DNA of 6,213 bases from Candidatus Wukongarchaeum yapensis (lineage in GTDB: Archaea; Asgardarchaeota; Wukongarchaeia; Wukongarchaeales; Wukongarchaeaceae). Position numbers and translations under genes: made by a program. Positions 5,952 to 6,213 of this stretch are shown here, in pieces. The notes beneath the pieces were generated by a model, which did not search any database, had not been told where the DNA came from, and was given only the letters and a program-made list of their open reading frames with translations. The stretch is from the NCBI GenBank assembly GCA_016840425.1, contig JAEOSI010000137.1, positions 1-6,213 of the forward strand. Reading direction: 5' to 3'. Numbering within the stretch: the first letter of the stretch is position 1; each line of letters begins with the position of its first letter.

Positions 5952-6213
5952 ATGCCTGTTCATGATGTGGGTGTTGGCGATGATGGGTCGAGTCTTGTGG
6001 CTTTGATAATGGCTTTTGTTGTAACGCTTTTCGTAGTGAGTCTTCTTGCGGCAGTTTCGGAGTCTGCTGGAGCTTTAGGTGTTTTTGCTTTTCTTATAAT
6101 TATTTTAATAGCTTTTTCGGCGCTTTCAGGGGATGAGGAATCAGTGTTACTTGTTTTGTTTGCTTTTCTTATGTTAAGCGCTATTTCTGTTGGAATGCTG
6201 TCAGAGGAAGGGG
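5952..6213 (+). CDS. Hypothetical integral membrane protein, partial (runs off the right edge)
   Basis: Manual translation is open for 87 codons to the edge: MPVHDVGVGDDGSSLVALIMAFVVTLFVVSLLAAVSESAGALGVFAFLIIILIAFSALSGDEESVLLVLFAFLMLSAISVGMLSEEG. It has three TM-length hydrophobic stretches and a GGGGG SD-like tract at 5938-5942. Confidence 0.72.
   Translation, partial: MPVHDVGVGDDGSSLVALIMAFVVTLFVVSLLAAVSESAGALGVFAFLIIILIAFSALSGDEESVLLVLFAFLMLSAISVGMLSEEG

Overview
AT-rich, archaeal-looking window: GGTG/GAGGT-type Shine-Dalgarno sites, BRE/TATA-like boxes, and a RING-type zinc finger of the kind I associate with Asgard archaea (the taxon is inferred, not shown). It has five complete CDSs: uppP/bacA (-); a HEAT-repeat protein with a C-terminal RING-like zinc finger (+); a 342-aa protein that reads as an APH/choline-kinase-fold pseudokinase (-); a 4-TM membrane protein with a possible PH-like tail (-); and an AmmeMemoRadiSam radical SAM enzyme (-). 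Two elements are missing from the ORF track: a decayed Sdh/Frd-type flavoprotein pseudogene fragment at the left edge (nonsense codon plus frameshift) and a multi-TM ORF starting at 5952 that runs off the right edge. The most interesting signals are the HEAT-solenoid plus RING (E3-ligase-like) protein, whose repeat array shows recent 93-bp and 186-bp duplications, and the convergent kinase-fold protein lacking both catalytic Asp residues.
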